From Azolla caroliniana (Eukaryota; Plantae; Polypodiophyta): 64,000 nt of DNA. The stretch covers positions 9,734,001 to 9,798,000 of the forward strand of contig JBHGNT010000009.1 of assembly GCA_043228905.1 (NCBI GenBank), given 5' to 3'. The translations under genes were made by a program, and so were the position numbers. Under the pieces are notes generated by a model, which saw nothing but the letters and a program-made list of their open reading frames with translations, was not told the origin of the DNA and did no database searches. Below are positions 61,577-64,000 of the stretch, piece after piece; positions within the stretch are counted from its first letter, which is position 1, and each line of letters starts with the position of its first letter.

Positions 61577-64000
61577 TCAATTAGATTCCTCCATGTCTTC
61601 ATTTTCATCCGGCCTATTATGTTCATCGTCGAGGTAATCGAGGTCAGGATCCTTGTCTTGTCTTTTCTTGAAAATCTTTACTCTTTTTCCCGCAATGGGT
61701 ACGACCAACCTTGATCTGTCTAGTTCCGCAAGGTGGTATGTGGCATTATCGTTGGCACTTGTCACCACATACGGCCCGAACCATCTTCTTGCGAACTTCC
61801 TTGTTGTACTGTGTTGATTGTCAAGGGTGTTGTCGTAAACCAAAACCCAATCCCCTTCTTCAATCTTCTTGGGACGAAGTCGATGTGTGTTGTCGAACCG
61901 AACCTTGTTCTTTACTCGGGTTGCCTTCATCATCTTTCGCGCTTTTTCTAAATCTTCAGGTCTTCTTTCAAGTTGCCTTATCTGCGCCGCTAATAACTCT
62001 TCTCGGCTCATCTCGTTCTCCCACGGTATCGCTACCCATGAGGCGATCGTCCTTTCGATGGGCATAATCAGCTTTTGTCCATACATAAGCTCCGTCGGCA
62101 TATACCCTGTCACCGAGCTATGTGTCGTTCTATCGGCCCACAAGGCATAGGGTAATAGTCGTGGCCAATTCCCGACTCGACCGTTGCATGCCCGTACGAT
62201 GGCTTTAACGATAGGTCCATGCCCTCGCTCGATCTTCCCATTCGCTTCCGGATTATAGGCAGTCGTGAGGGAGAGCTTCACGCCTAGTCTTTCGAAGAGC
62301 TCTGTCGCTTCGTGCGCGTCCAACTCCCCTTGGTCGGCCACTATCTTCCCTACACATCCATATCGGCAAACAACCTCTTCAAGCAGAAATTTGCAAACGG
62401 CTGAAGTCGTCTTATTTGTCAAGGCTCATCCTTCCACTTGATTCGTCAAGTCTTCCCTCGCCAGCGATAAGTACATTATTTGTCCCACTCCCATTGGCAT
62501 CGAGACCAGATCCACCATCCATTTGAAGTGTATGGTGAGTGGGTATGTCGGCTGTAACTCATCATGATGACGTATATTTGAATATATTTGGCAAGTTTCG
62601 CATGTGGACACAAAATGGAGTACATCTTTGTACATGCTTGGCCACCAATACTTCTCCTTCAACTTTTCGAACGTCGCCCATGTTCCTCTATGACCTGCCC
62701 AAGCACTCTCGTGGAATTCGGTCATCAGCGTCTCTTGCTCTTCTTTCTTTACCACTACTCGACGTGGTATTCCTGTCCTTCTTTTTGGATGTTGCCAAAG
62801 GAATCCTCCCTTCAAGAAGTATCGGTAAGCTTTCTTTCGGATCCGTAGGGCCTCCTCCTTTGTCAACGAAGCATCTGTCGTCAATGTTCTTAGGAATCTA
62901 CCGATGAGTAACCACTCTCCTTCGTACTCGTTCTCGTTGAAGGCGTGGAGGGTTTGCGTGTCCTGGTCTTCCGCCGACAATCGAGCCATCTTGAAGAAGT
63001 CGAGGGCGACATCTTCATCTTCCAAAACCATGTTACTTCCGTTTGAAAATCTTGCCCTCGACAGCATGTCAGCCATGGCGTTCTTCTTCCCTGCAATGTG
63101 ACGGATCTCTGGGTTTAAAGACTTGATGTAGGCGATCCACCTTAGCATAGCAAGATCTGGGGTCGCACATCCCAAGACCATTCCGAGAATTGGGAGACAA
63201 TCTGTCTCTATTATCACTTCTGACCCGATCAGGTAATCTTTGTCCGTCTTCACTGCCGACACAATACCCCAAAGTTCCCGCTTGACTTGGGCATATATTT
63301 GTTGCCGTTCGCTGAGAACCTTTGCTCCGAACCGGACGGCATATCGCGCATTATCTTCACCTTCTTGATTGATGACCCACCCGATTCCAGTTGGGCTCGT
63401 ATCTACGGTCACGTAAATTGGTTTCCCTTCGGCATAGTCGGCCTTCCTTAGTGCCGGAGCTTCAAGAAGCAGTTTCTTTAATCTTCCCAGCGCCTTTGTG
63501 TGCTCGTCTCGCCATTCGAACTTTATTCTTTTCTTTAGTAGTCCATATAACGGTTCAGCGACATGAGCGTAGTGAGGAATCCATATATGATAAAACGCGC
63601 ACGCTCCAACGAACCTTCGAACCTCCGTATGGGTTTCACATTCTTCTTTCATGTCTTGGATTGCATTCACTTTGGATGGCGAGGGCTTCCGGCCGTATGC
63701 TCCACACAAGTGACCTACCACCAAGATCTCCGGTTGCCCGAATGCGGATTTTTCTCCCGAAAATGTCAAATTCGCATCTTCGAGCCTTTGAAGCACCTTC
63801 TCGCAATCTTTCATATGATCCGCAACGAACTTTCTACAACCTTCCTTATCTTTCGATTCATCTTTCTCCTCATCCGAACATCCTTTTATCGGAGTATCAT
63901 CCAAGAATGGCATCGTGATGTCCGGAATGCAATCCTTCAAGACTTTATTCATGGCATTCACCATATGAGCCACCGAGTTCGTTGCGCCTTGGGGTAAGGT
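61577..64000 (-). pseudogene. Gypsy pol (RT with FLDD, RNase H, integrase with GPY), one in-frame stop at 62426-62428
   Basis: ORFs 62426-63973 and 61577-62422 are in the same frame. Confidence 0.88.

Larger units (their letters stand above)
60381..64000 (-). mobile_element. Young non-chromovirus Ty3/gypsy (TGTYGTGAAG clade); 3' LTR 60381-61504; runs off the window end
   Basis: LTR homologous to 20164-20916; PPT 61505-61530; pol 61577-64000. Confidence 0.92.

Overview
Plant nuclear DNA, most likely from a seed-free land plant such as a fern or lycophyte (inferred from the retroelement lineages and the chitinase; not provable here). The only host gene is a GH18 class V chitinase (2373-3527, minus strand), with a tandemly duplicated pseudogene copy (7467-8370). 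Most of the rest is a deeply nested transposon stack: several Ty1/copia elements (three bounded by two LTRs and a TSD), a chromovirus and several non-chromovirus Ty3/gypsy elements, solo LTRs, a LINE 3' remnant and an apparently intact autonomous hAT (35475-40386). Main unexplained signals: (1) tRNA-like A-box/B-box cassettes sit antisense about 170-180 bp upstream of the TATA box in three different gypsy LTRs from two lineages; (2) one gypsy clade makes 4-bp TSDs and has hit a CpG-centred site in 5 of 5 insertions; (3) a pol-less, tRNA-Trp-primed, CAG/CTG-depleted gag-only partner element encodes a repeat-expanded Gag; (4) the hAT 5' intron carries an array of palindromic repeats. All boundaries were read by eye.
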